A DNA stretch of 64,000 nt from positions 4,224,001 through 4,288,000 of the forward strand of contig OZ241875.1 in assembly GCA_965203325.1 (NCBI GenBank). Direction: 5' to 3'. The notes beneath the pieces are model-generated. The model worked only from the letters and a program-made list of their open reading frames with translations, ran no database searches and was not told the origin of the DNA. The DNA is from a bacterium (GTDB taxonomy: Bacteria > UBA8248). Positions 29,389-38,335 of the stretch are shown piece by piece. Every line of letters begins with the position of its first letter. Position 1 is the first letter of the stretch. The translations under genes and the position numbers were made by a program.

Positions 29389-30291
29389 TTAGTTCGTGGC
29401 GGGGGCTGCAGAACCCCCAGCAGCAGGGCCGTCATAGAGTTCGTCGAACTTGAAGTAGATCGCACGGCCGTAGTCTTGGAGCCGATAGAGAACCTCGAGT
29501 AAGGAATCGTCCTGCAACTGGATTCTCTCGAACCATAGGACGTACGGGGGCGTCGCGTATCGGATCAAGGGCAGGATTGTCCTGGCGTCAACGTCATGGT
29601 ACAGAGCGAATGCGGAGAAGGTACCGTCGTCGTTTCGCGAAAGACACCAATCCATGGATTCGTTCCACGAACCGTGTATGGATTCGGACATCATACCGTA
29701 GACGAACGGATATTCAGCTGGGCTAGCCACTTGGCCAAAGATGTCGTATAGCGACTTTCCTTGGAGGCGCCAACGATTTCGCTTCTGCACGGAAAAGCTC
29801 TCTTTGGACAGCCCCTCGATAGCGAGGCCCTCAATGGCGGATCGTAGAACGCGCTGACCCGCAGGGCTACCAAAGAACTCGGATCCGCTTTCCTGGTCAC
29901 GCAGTATCCTGAGCGTGTCCTTGTACGAGCACCTTCGGAAGTCCTCTACAGCGTCGTCTCCCATTTGCAAGAGATAGGTAGCGACGATTGCCGACTCGAT
30001 CAGCGGACGAGAGAACACGTTAAGGTAATCACCATTGTTGATTTCGTAGAATCTGGTGACTAGCTCGAACAACTTCGCGACACGAGTCAGGAGACCGACG
30101 ATCGGCGCGTCAGCAAGGCCGTAACCATCGGGGTTTCGACTTGGGTTGCGTTGTAGCGTGACCATGCGAAATATCCGAGTTACGTCCCTGCAGAAAGTGA
30201 GTACGAACCGGTTAACGTCGTCGAGCGACTCGAGGCGGTCGAGAAGACGGTCGTCCTCGTACTTCAGCCGGATTCGGTCGGTTTCGTTCAT
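29389..30291 (-). CDS. DUF5677-like (HEPN-related) protein, copy A
   Basis: SRPLIE...ATYL and YGMMSESIHGSW motifs; paralog of its neighbour. Confidence 0.65.
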   Translation of the reverse strand: MNETDRIRLKYEDDRLLDRLESLDDVNRFVLTFCRDVTRIFRMVTLQRNPSRNPDGYGLADAPIVGLLTRVAKLFELVTRFYEINNGDYLNVFSRPLIESAIVATYLLQMGDDAVEDFRRCSYKDTLRILRDQESGSEFFGSPAGQRVLRSAIEGLAIEGLSKESFSVQKRNRWRLQGKSLYDIFGQVASPAEYPFVYGMMSESIHGSWNESMDWCLSRNDDGTFSAFALYHDVDARTILPLIRYATPPYVLWFERIQLQDDSLLEVLYRLQDYGRAIYFKFDELYDGPAAGGSAAPATN

Positions 30292-30399
30292 GCGGTGACT
30301 GGCTTGGAAGGAAATGGTCGAAGGCAAAACCGATACGAAATGGGGACAAAGAAATTTGAAGATGTGATTCCATGTGCCTTCTCGATCTTCTCAGACGAC

Positions 30400-30900
30400 G
30401 TTGCGATAACAAAACAGGTCCCGGGAGTGACCTCCGCAGTTAGAATCAGTCGGTCGTGTATCTCCGGCACCATCTTGAGCTCTTCGTAGTTTTTCGTCAC
30501 CTCGAACATCGCGATCAGGTCGTCTACAGCGAACTGCGGCAGGATGGAGCGGTAGACCAGGTCTGGAAATCGCTTGCGGCACCACAGGAGGTGCTGTTGG
30601 AACCGGACGATGGAGAACTCGTCGCTACCGCCTTGGGCCTGGACAGGTAGTACGAACTGTCTTCCGTTGCTGTCAACTGCGACGTACATCTCGTCGACCT
30701 CGGTCTGGCCGATTGACTTGATGGTGGTGCGTAGGTGGATCTGCAGTGAGCAGGATAGTACATCCAGAAAGGCGTCGAGCAGGCGATTGTACAGGATAGT
30801 GGCGAGAAGGGCCTGCACTCCGCTCAGGGAGAGTAAATACCGTAACAGGGAGCGGGCGGACACAACGGGGGACTGATTCGAGCTATGCCTTCCCGTGTCG
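30400..30900 (-). pseudogene. Degraded restriction-like (PD-(D/E)xK) endonuclease fragment
   Basis: YNRLLDAFL..HLRTT..GQTEVDEMY..VLPVQAQGG resembles an endonuclease family with QAK; here K is replaced by Q and the N-terminus is missing. Confidence 0.5.
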
Positions 30901-30987
30901 GCTTGGTCGCACAGGATGCGAGTCTTAGTGTATCTCAATTCGGACGGCTCCATGTTGCAGGGCATCTTGTGTGCAACCGCCCAGTGT

Positions 30988-31344
30988 TCATACATCTGGC
31001 GGATCCATCTCAGAAAGCAGCGCCTTTATGATCCGATGTAGTTCCGGCAAGTCGTTAACGACGTAATCCCAGACGCGTTCGGGTATCACAACAGCATAGC
31101 CATGGATCAACATGTTGCGGAAGTCGACGACCACACGCATGGTGGGAATTCGTTCGGCAATCTCGGGCGAGACCTTAGACAGGAAATTGAGCGCCTCGCC
31201 GATGATCTCGAACTTGCGTTCGACGGCGGCTTGCGTTCGCGCGTCGGCTAGATAGGCCTCGCGATGCATGCTTTCTGTGAAGTGCACAATGTGCTCAGCG
31301 GCCTGATCCACATCCGCCAGCAGGACGCGTGGGTCACGCTGCAT
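30988..31344 (-). CDS. HepT-like HEPN (DUF86) toxin
   Basis: AVERKFEIIGEA and Rx4H motif FRNMLIHGY. Confidence 0.9.
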   Translation of the reverse strand: MQRDPRVLLADVDQAAEHIVHFTESMHREAYLADARTQAAVERKFEIIGEALNFLSKVSPEIAERIPTMRVVVDFRNMLIHGYAVVIPERVWDYVVNDLPELHRIIKALLSEMDPPDV

Positions 31345-31645
31345 AGACAAGCTCGCGTGACTTGTCGATGGCCGCTCGAAGATACGGGTTGCGGATCGCC
31401 CCTACTTCGACCAGATCGACCGGACAGCCCAGCGTCCGGCGTAACGCTTCGGAAAAGCCGAAGTATTGTTGGAGCGGTTTCCGGTCGTCGTGGAGTCTGA
31501 ATTCCACCAGGAAGTCGGCGTCGCTGGATACCGGGTCGAAGTCCGTGCCCCTTGCCGCCGAGCCGAAGACCTCAAGCCGAGCGACCCGATATTGCCGACA
31601 GAGTGCTACGAGTTCGTCTCGTTTGTCAGCAATGGCTGCGTGCAT
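31334..31645 (-). CDS. MntA-like minimal nucleotidyltransferase antitoxin
   Basis: FGSAARG..SDADFLV..PVDLV..RNPYL; overlaps the HEPN gene. Confidence 0.9.
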   Translation of the reverse strand: MHAAIADKRDELVALCRQYRVARLEVFGSAARGTDFDPVSSDADFLVEFRLHDDRKPLQQYFGFSEALRRTLGCPVDLVEVGAIRNPYLRAAIDKSRELVYAA

Positions 31646-31690
31646 GCTCAGTTCTCCTCCGTCGTGGATGAATGGTGCCGTTCCCCGAAG

Positions 31691-31910
31691 TCATCGCAAT
31701 AGCCCTTCCTCCAGCGTGTTTTTCAATCAATCCCTTGCCAATGTCATTTCCGCTTCGGCTGTGGTCAGTTCCTTCAGCAGTTTCTATGGGTTCCGGCTCC
31801 GTCGTATGCGGGTTTCTAATATCGAGATTGTATTCGTGCGCCTCGATCTCGTCGACTCCGCCTTTCCAGACTCGGCCGCCTTCTGTGCGGCCATTGCGTT
31901 CCGCATCGCC
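31691..31910 (-). pseudogene. Remnant of a type I RM HsdM C-terminus
   Basis: Reads ..RVWKGGVDEIEAHEYNLDIRNPH.., then after a frameshift ..LLKELTTAEAE..*LKNTLEEGLLR*. Confidence 0.55.
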
Positions 31911-31919
31911 CGGGGGTCT

Positions 31920-32077
31920 TCACGAATATCCTGCGAATTCAGTCGGTCATATTTCTCCAGCTACAGCACGACAATGATCGGTCACTCTTGTTTGGCAACT
32001 ATCACAGCGACAACTCGGGCGATATTGACCAGCCGCCCACAACCGTACTTTTCGTACTTGGTGCTCAGGATATGCAT
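31920..32077 (-). pseudogene. Phd/YefM antitoxin pseudogene
   Basis: GGAGG RBS; MHILSTKYEKYGCGRLVNIAR..VAKQE*PIIVVL*LEKYDRL with two in-frame stops. Confidence 0.6.
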
Positions 32078-32635
32078 GCCCTCCCCGACAGCAGAAGCAA
32101 TAGTATTGGTCAACTTGGCCGAAGATGCAATAATTGTGAGTTGTTGCGAATCGTTGTGTCAGTATTCCACGATAGCAAACACGCTCACAGCCAGTCGATA
32201 CTGGAGCGTTCGGCAGATTCTCCCGCACCGCATTCCGCCTTCTGTCCAAGCACCCTATCCGGTCCGTTTGTCATCGTGACAATCTCAGGCGGTCGAGGCG
32301 GATCGGGTGGCGACACTCTATTTAGCGTATGAGTCGATTCCTCTGACAGCAAAACTTTTTCGACATTTCCAAGGTGGTTTGTTTTCTAGACTTCTGTCGG
32401 ATTTGGCGGCAGTTCGACTTTGTATCCAATAGCGAGGATTATTACTCTCGCTGCTTGGTAGCCGCATCATTTAGCGCACACGTTCCGATCATCTGATTTG
32501 AGCGAAACAGACTTAGGTTTTCTCATCTAGGAACCGGTCAACAACTACTATTTAGCGCGGCCCGAAAAGGCATCACAATAAATCTGCTATCGTGTAGTCC
32601 ATTCGCTCCCACTTGCCTCCGATGAGGGCTAGTAA

Positions 32636-35461
32636 TCATAAACTGAGGTCTCGCTCGGTCTGCTTCTCGCGATCCGTCGTTCGTCCCTCTTTCGACCCCG
32701 CTCCCGTCTCTTTCGCTGGTACTTCCCGTACAGTTTCCCCGATCCCCTCGAGCGCCGATACCCGTTCGCCCGTGGCCGTTTCGAGCCGCTCGCGCAGGGC
32801 ATTTGCGTCGTCGGTCACGAGTTCCGCGCGGTCCCGGGCGCGGCTGATCTCGACGTAGAAGCTCTTCTGCGTGGTGAGGTGGGGGTGGTTCGCCTGCATC
32901 GCGGCGATCACGTTGTCGACGGTCCGGCCCTGGAAGGCGTGAACGGTCGATGCCCAGGCATGGTCGAGGTGGCGCAGTTGGGGATCGCCCGGGGTCATAG
33001 CGAGCCTGCGCCCGTCTTCCAGGCGCAAGGAGACGCGGTCGTTCCCGACCGAAAGCACTTCGGCCGTGCGGCTGTTGACGAGACCGAAGCCCTTGTCGTT
33101 GCGGGTCCAGCGGATACGGTCGCCGGCGCGAAGCTCGATATCTTCTGCCCGGTAGACCTCGGCGCCGCCCGTCCGCCCGGCGATCCGCCCGGGCTTCCAT
33201 GAGACGCGCTCGCCGTCCTTGCCTTCGAGCACCACCGTCCGGTTCTCGTGATCCACGCCCGATACGCGGAGTTCGTCGCCCTTCTCCACGCCCAGGCGCT
33301 TGTAGGGGCGGTGAAAGGCCACGACGTCGCCAGGGGCGTAGTTCGCGGCGAGCGATTTCTCGGCGTTCGTGTAACCGCGGGAGACGAGCCGCTCCCCCCT
33401 GAAGGCGGGGCCGTGGATATTGCCCTCCCGCGCGAGACGCTCCCGTATATGGGCGTTGATCTTCCGGCGAAGTTCATGACTGGGCGCCATGACGCCGGTG
33501 TTCTCGCGCGCCTCGGGCGAAAGAGCGAGCCAGCGCGCCGCCACCGCGCCCGCGATGTTGTCGGCCTTCACCTGCGCGACGTTCGACCCGAGCTTCTCGA
33601 ACGCGCGGCCGATCTCGCCGGCGAGGCTCGCCTCGACCGCGGCCTTGAGGTCCGGGTCGCGCTGGCGCAGGATATCGTCCATCACGGCGGTCTTCATGCC
33701 GGCTTGCTGCAGTTGCGCGAAGGGCTTGCCGGCGTCCACGGCGTCCAGTTGTTTCTCATCGCCCACCAGCACGACCCTGGGGATGCGCAGGGCGCGGGCG
33801 ACCCGCAGGAGATCTCGGGCCTGCAAGGTGGAAGCAAGGGACCCCTCGTCCACCACGAGCACCGTCTTGCCCCAGGCCGCGCGCATCTGCCGCTCGGCCT
33901 TTCTGGTGAGCCTTTCCCCGGCCACGCCGGCGTTTCGCGCGAGGAAACGCTGCAGCGTCTCGCTCTCGATCCCGGCCTCGGTTCCGAGCGTCTTGACCGC
34001 CGAGGCCGAGGGCGCAAGGCCCTTGACCTCGAACCCGCGTTTTTCCAGTAACACGCGGGCGCGGTTCAGCATGGTGGTCTTGCCGGTCCCGGCATAGCCC
34101 TGCACGCCGACGACGCGGTCCTTGGCCGAGAGGATGAGTTTGACCGCTTCCCTCTGGCCTTTCGTCAGCGCTCCCTTGTGCAGATACGCCTGCGCGATCC
34201 AGCTGCGCATCGCCACCCGGCCCCGGCCCTGACCGTCCCGCATCAGCCCGATCGTCTCGCGTTCGTCCGCGAGCGCCTTGTCGGTCGCCAGGTCATCCCT
34301 CCCGTGCAGCCCAGGTGCTGTGTGAAGCCGTCCCCCTCTTTCGAGGTCGCCCAGCGCCCTCTCCGCCGCCTCGACGGACACCGCGCCCGGCCGCCAGGCC
34401 AGCGCGGCGGCCAGCGCGTCGGCGCGGGCGAACACGGCCTCGCGCTCTGAGAGATGCGCCACGGCCCATTCCACGGCCTCTCCGGCCGGACCGCTCTCCC
34501 GGACCTCTCCTTTGCTTTCAAGACCGGCGACCCTTGAGGCCGCTTCGGCCGCATGGGCCCTGGCGTCGAATCCGAGGTCCGCGGCCTGTTTCTCCCACAT
34601 GCCCCTGAGCGCGGACTTGTCCACGTCACGTTTTCGGGCGCGGGTCATGAGCGCCGCGCGCTCGGCGATGCGCTGATTCTCCGCCGTCGTTCCCAGGCCC
34701 CGCTCCGCCATCGCGGCCTCGATCTCCGCCCGACGGGTCGAGAACGCCTCGATCACCTCGCGGCGGACGCCGGCGACCTCGAACCGCCCGTCGGCGTGCG
34801 TCTTCTCAATCCCGTAGCCCAGCTTCCCCAGTCCCTGCGCCAGCTCGCTCCTGTAGAGCATGCCGATCAGCTTCTGGCTGCGGTAGAGCGCCTCGTTGGA
34901 CATCGTCCGCCACTTGCCGTCCGGACCCCGAACCATGTTGGCCAGCACCGCGTGGGTGTGAAGCTGGGGGTCGAGGTTGCGCGAGGCGTCGTGGCGGAAG
35001 GTCGCGGCCAGCGTTTTCTGATCCCCGGCCCGGACCATGCGTCCCGTCTCCGGGTCCTTCATCCTGGTCTCCGCGGCGTGGCCCTCGACCCAGGCGAGAG
35101 TGCGCTCGACCGCCCGGTCATGGGCCTCGACGACGCGGGCGTCGCCGCCCACCAGCGCGGCGAGCGAGACGGACTTGGGCGCAGAGAAGGTGAGGTCGCG
35201 TCCGGGACGGTGCTCCAGGACGCCGTCCTTGCGCCTGCGGCCGAGCTTTCTCCCCGAACCGTCGGGCACATGGCCCTCGAGTACCGCCTTGAATACTTCC
35301 GGGTCGACCGTGCCCGTGAGGCCTAAGTCCTCCGCTCCCCTGCCGGCCCATGCGCTCACCTCCCTGTGGGCGGGGTCGTCTTTGGCGTAATAGCCGTCGC
35401 GCTCGTAGTAGGAGGCGCCCTGGGCGGGGGCGGCCACGGCGCCGATCGAGACGACCATCAC
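32636..35461 (-). CDS. trwC: MOBF conjugative relaxase-helicase (TrwC/TraI type)
   Basis: SYYERDGYY, DLTFSAPKSVS, HDASRNLDPQLHTH, helicase GYAGTGKTT and VDEGS. Confidence 0.95.
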   Translation of the reverse strand: MMVVSIGAVAAPAQGASYYERDGYYAKDDPAHREVSAWAGRGAEDLGLTGTVDPEVFKAVLEGHVPDGSGRKLGRRRKDGVLEHRPGRDLTFSAPKSVSLAALVGGDARVVEAHDRAVERTLAWVEGHAAETRMKDPETGRMVRAGDQKTLAATFRHDASRNLDPQLHTHAVLANMVRGPDGKWRTMSNEALYRSQKLIGMLYRSELAQGLGKLGYGIEKTHADGRFEVAGVRREVIEAFSTRRAEIEAAMAERGLGTTAENQRIAERAALMTRARKRDVDKSALRGMWEKQAADLGFDARAHAAEAASRVAGLESKGEVRESGPAGEAVEWAVAHLSEREAVFARADALAAALAWRPGAVSVEAAERALGDLERGGRLHTAPGLHGRDDLATDKALADERETIGLMRDGQGRGRVAMRSWIAQAYLHKGALTKGQREAVKLILSAKDRVVGVQGYAGTGKTTMLNRARVLLEKRGFEVKGLAPSASAVKTLGTEAGIESETLQRFLARNAGVAGERLTRKAERQMRAAWGKTVLVVDEGSLASTLQARDLLRVARALRIPRVVLVGDEKQLDAVDAGKPFAQLQQAGMKTAVMDDILRQRDPDLKAAVEASLAGEIGRAFEKLGSNVAQVKADNIAGAVAARWLALSPEARENTGVMAPSHELRRKINAHIRERLAREGNIHGPAFRGERLVSRGYTNAEKSLAANYAPGDVVAFHRPYKRLGVEKGDELRVSGVDHENRTVVLEGKDGERVSWKPGRIAGRTGGAEVYRAEDIELRAGDRIRWTRNDKGFGLVNSRTAEVLSVGNDRVSLRLEDGRRLAMTPGDPQLRHLDHAWASTVHAFQGRTVDNVIAAMQANHPHLTTQKSFYVEISRARDRAELVTDDANALRERLETATGERVSALEGIGETVREVPAKETGAGSKEGRTTDREKQTERDLSL

Positions 35462-37545
35462 AACCAGTCCGGCGTGCGGGACCTGGCCCCATCGCCGTCT
35501 TCGCCCCGGTTTTGCTCATCGTCATCCGCCGCACCGGCGTCATCTCCTTCCGCGGAGTGGACCGCGGGTTGCGGCGCCCCGGGTGTTTCGGAGGATTGAT
35601 CGGGCCCCGCCAGGCCTGAGTCCGGCGGCGGAGCGGGTCGTTCACACTCGTAAACTTCCGCCTCGCCGTTCGCGGTCGTATCGCCGGGCGATTCGGCTTC
35701 CTGCCGATTCGCCGCCTCGCCGGATTCAGTCGCCCTCCCGGACTCGTGTGTTTTCCCGGTCTTCGATGCCCCGGCTTCGGCGCCTCCCGTTTCTTGCGTC
35801 GGCGCATTCTCCCTCGGCATGAAACTCTCGGCCGCACCGGGTCTTTTCACGTAGTCGAGCTCGATGCGGGCCACCGGCCAGGGGCCGGGGAACTTGAGGT
35901 AGCCGTGCAGATTCTCGAGGCGCATGATCTCGGACGGCAGCGCCAGGGGGCGCATCTCGCGGCGCTGCGTGAGCGATACGCCGTCCCTCATCGCGCTGGC
36001 GCCGTAGCTCAGGCCCTCCGCGTACTCGGTGACCTCGCCGCGCCCCAGGCTCTCGGCCGACCAGCGCGCCGTCTCCTGGTCGGGCGCCGCCAGCACCACC
36101 CGGGTGCCGCAGAGGCCCGATACCGTCTCGGCGCCGTTTCGCCCGTACAGATCGCGCAGGGCGGAAATCACCTGGATCCCCAGCACGAAACACCCCCCGA
36201 ACTGGCGCGATTCGGCGAGTCCGGGCTGGAGACTCGGCACCTGGTGGAGGGTGGGGAGTTCGTCGAGCACAATCCAAATCCTGCGCGCGTCGTCCCGGCC
36301 GAGGGACAACAGCGCGTTCACGGCGATCTCCAGCCAGGTCGAGATGAGGCCCCTGAGACTCGCGTGCTGGTCGCCTCGCGAGGTCAGGAACAGGAAGCCG
36401 GTTTCGTCCTCGCGCTCCACCCACTCCCTGATCGAGAAGGGGACGCCTGAGTCGGGCAGGCATTCGAGCGCGCCCAGGTGCGCCGTCAGCATGGCGCGCA
36501 CCGAGAGCGCCGTCTTGGGGTTCTCGGGGTCCACGATGGACTGCGCCACCGTGCCCTCCATGGCCTCGGCCAGAGAGGTGAGTTCGGTCTTGAGCAGGTG
36601 CTCGACGAGTATCCGGTTCTCCGTCACGCCGCGCTTCCAGAGTACGCCCGCGCCGTTCGCGAACAACTGCCGCGCGGCCGTGACCCAGAAGGGGTCCACC
36701 GTGTCCTTCTGCTGCGGGATGAGGGCGGCGGCCATCGTGTCGAAGTCCCTGGGCGTCCTGGCTTCCAGGAAGGGCGACCACCGTGGCGCCCGGGCGTCCA
36801 GGGGATTCATCAGGACGTCGCGGGCGGGGTCGTAGAACGCTCGCGTGTAGCTTCCCATCTTGTCGTAGAGGATGCAGCGCTCGCCGCGTTCCCTGATCTG
36901 CGCGACCAGGTCCGATATCAGGACGGTCTTGCCCGAACCCGTGGTTCCCGAGACGATGGTGTGCTGGGTCTCGGCGCGCTCGGGCCAGGGGACGCCCGCG
37001 ATGCGGGGTCTGGACTTGCGCGCGGCCGGAAAGAATTTTTCCCCCAGGCGGGAGAAAACGGGTTGGACGCGTCTTCCCAGCGCACCTGCCGAGGTCATCT
37101 CGGCGCCCCGCACCCTGCGCGCGCGGGCCATGCGCCGACCCAGGAGCCAGAAGAAGAACGCGAACAGGGCCACGCCGCCCAGACCGAGCCAGAGGCCCAG
37201 CCAGGCTTTCGAATAAATGGTATCGAGCATGCGCCTCCTGATCCGCTCGATCCTGGGGTCCGAAGCGATGAGCTCGATCCGCTCGATCGTTCGCTCACCC
37301 GCCCCCCACTCGTACACCTGGCCCGAATCGGGGGAATACCCGATGGCGAGCTTGGCCTCGGCCAGCGTGCCCAGGCCCACGACGCGCCACTCGTGCGCGC
37401 TCGTCGTCGTGAAGACCGTGATCGCGGGCGTCAGGACGACAGTCAGGACGAGTCCAAAAATTCCCCAGCGCGCGAGCTGGCCCCACATCCTGGCGTCGTG
37501 GAGCAGGGTCTGGCCGCCGCGCAGGGTGGCGTTTCCGATGGTCAT
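35458..37545 (-). CDS. traD: Type IV coupling protein (TraD/TrwB type)
   Basis: Two N-terminal TM helices, GTTGSGKT, IVLDELP, acidic tail; overlaps the relaxase start. Confidence 0.93.
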   Translation of the reverse strand: MTIGNATLRGGQTLLHDARMWGQLARWGIFGLVLTVVLTPAITVFTTTSAHEWRVVGLGTLAEAKLAIGYSPDSGQVYEWGAGERTIERIELIASDPRIERIRRRMLDTIYSKAWLGLWLGLGGVALFAFFFWLLGRRMARARRVRGAEMTSAGALGRRVQPVFSRLGEKFFPAARKSRPRIAGVPWPERAETQHTIVSGTTGSGKTVLISDLVAQIRERGERCILYDKMGSYTRAFYDPARDVLMNPLDARAPRWSPFLEARTPRDFDTMAAALIPQQKDTVDPFWVTAARQLFANGAGVLWKRGVTENRILVEHLLKTELTSLAEAMEGTVAQSIVDPENPKTALSVRAMLTAHLGALECLPDSGVPFSIREWVEREDETGFLFLTSRGDQHASLRGLISTWLEIAVNALLSLGRDDARRIWIVLDELPTLHQVPSLQPGLAESRQFGGCFVLGIQVISALRDLYGRNGAETVSGLCGTRVVLAAPDQETARWSAESLGRGEVTEYAEGLSYGASAMRDGVSLTQRREMRPLALPSEIMRLENLHGYLKFPGPWPVARIELDYVKRPGAAESFMPRENAPTQETGGAEAGASKTGKTHESGRATESGEAANRQEAESPGDTTANGEAEVYECERPAPPPDSGLAGPDQSSETPGAPQPAVHSAEGDDAGAADDDEQNRGEDGDGARSRTPDWL

Positions 37546-37927
37546 TCGATTCTCCCTTTCAGGGTTTGATGGATGGCTGTGATTTTCCTCGTGGAGTCAC
37601 TTGCCGGCCTCCCTTCGGTGGGGTGAAGACGCGTTTGGCCAACCGATCCCCAGCGGCGATGTAGGACGGCTTGCGAGCCGGGTCTTGATGCTTCGTCTCA
37701 ATTGACAGGCCGGGGTGGTCCCGGTGCGGGATTCGATCGCATTCATCTCAGCGTATGTAATACGAAAATACTTCACCGGCAACAGGTTTCAGTAGCTCAT
37801 ATCCTACGGAATTGTTCCAAATACGCTCACACTTGCGCTCCGGTGCGCAGAACCATGACAAAAACGTGAGAAAACGCGATGGAAGAAGACGAGAGAGAAG
37901 CGCTCCGGCGCGAACCGTCGAGCGCCG

Positions 37928-38098
37928 TCATGTTTCCTTCAACAGTTCGTCGATGCGGTCGGCAATGCGTTGCGCGGGTTCGCGCAGTTGCCCGACATTT
38001 CAGTCGGAGGCGTAGCCCTAGGTCACCCCGTCGGGCCGGGTGTGATTCACCAGCCGCTAAGTTAGCGAACGCGGCAGCATGAGTTCGTGTTCCGCAAC
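37928..38098 (-). pseudogene. Tyrosine integrase C-terminal remnant
   Basis: VAEHELMLPRSLT*RLVNHTRPDGVT*GYASD*NVGQLREPAQRIADRIDELL: H...Y catalytic region with three stops. Confidence 0.6.
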
Positions 38099-38335
38099 CT
38101 TATGCAGTGCCCGACATAACGTCCCGCCACATAACAGCCCCAATCCTGAGTGCCTGAGTTCTTGAGCCCCGTACAGACGATGAACTCGTCCCGCTCGGGT
38201 CGTATCTCCCGGACCGCCCTGCGCGAGGACAAGACATTTGTATGGGACGTATAGCACGCGAGGGGCGTTTATAAGGATTGAGCAAGAGGATACAAGCTCT
38301 TTCTCGTATCTGTTTTGAGGCAATTGCTTCATCCA

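Noticed and set aside
31362..32279. 305-aa plus-strand ORF
   Set aside because: Antisense to the MNT gene and the pseudogene remnants; no motif
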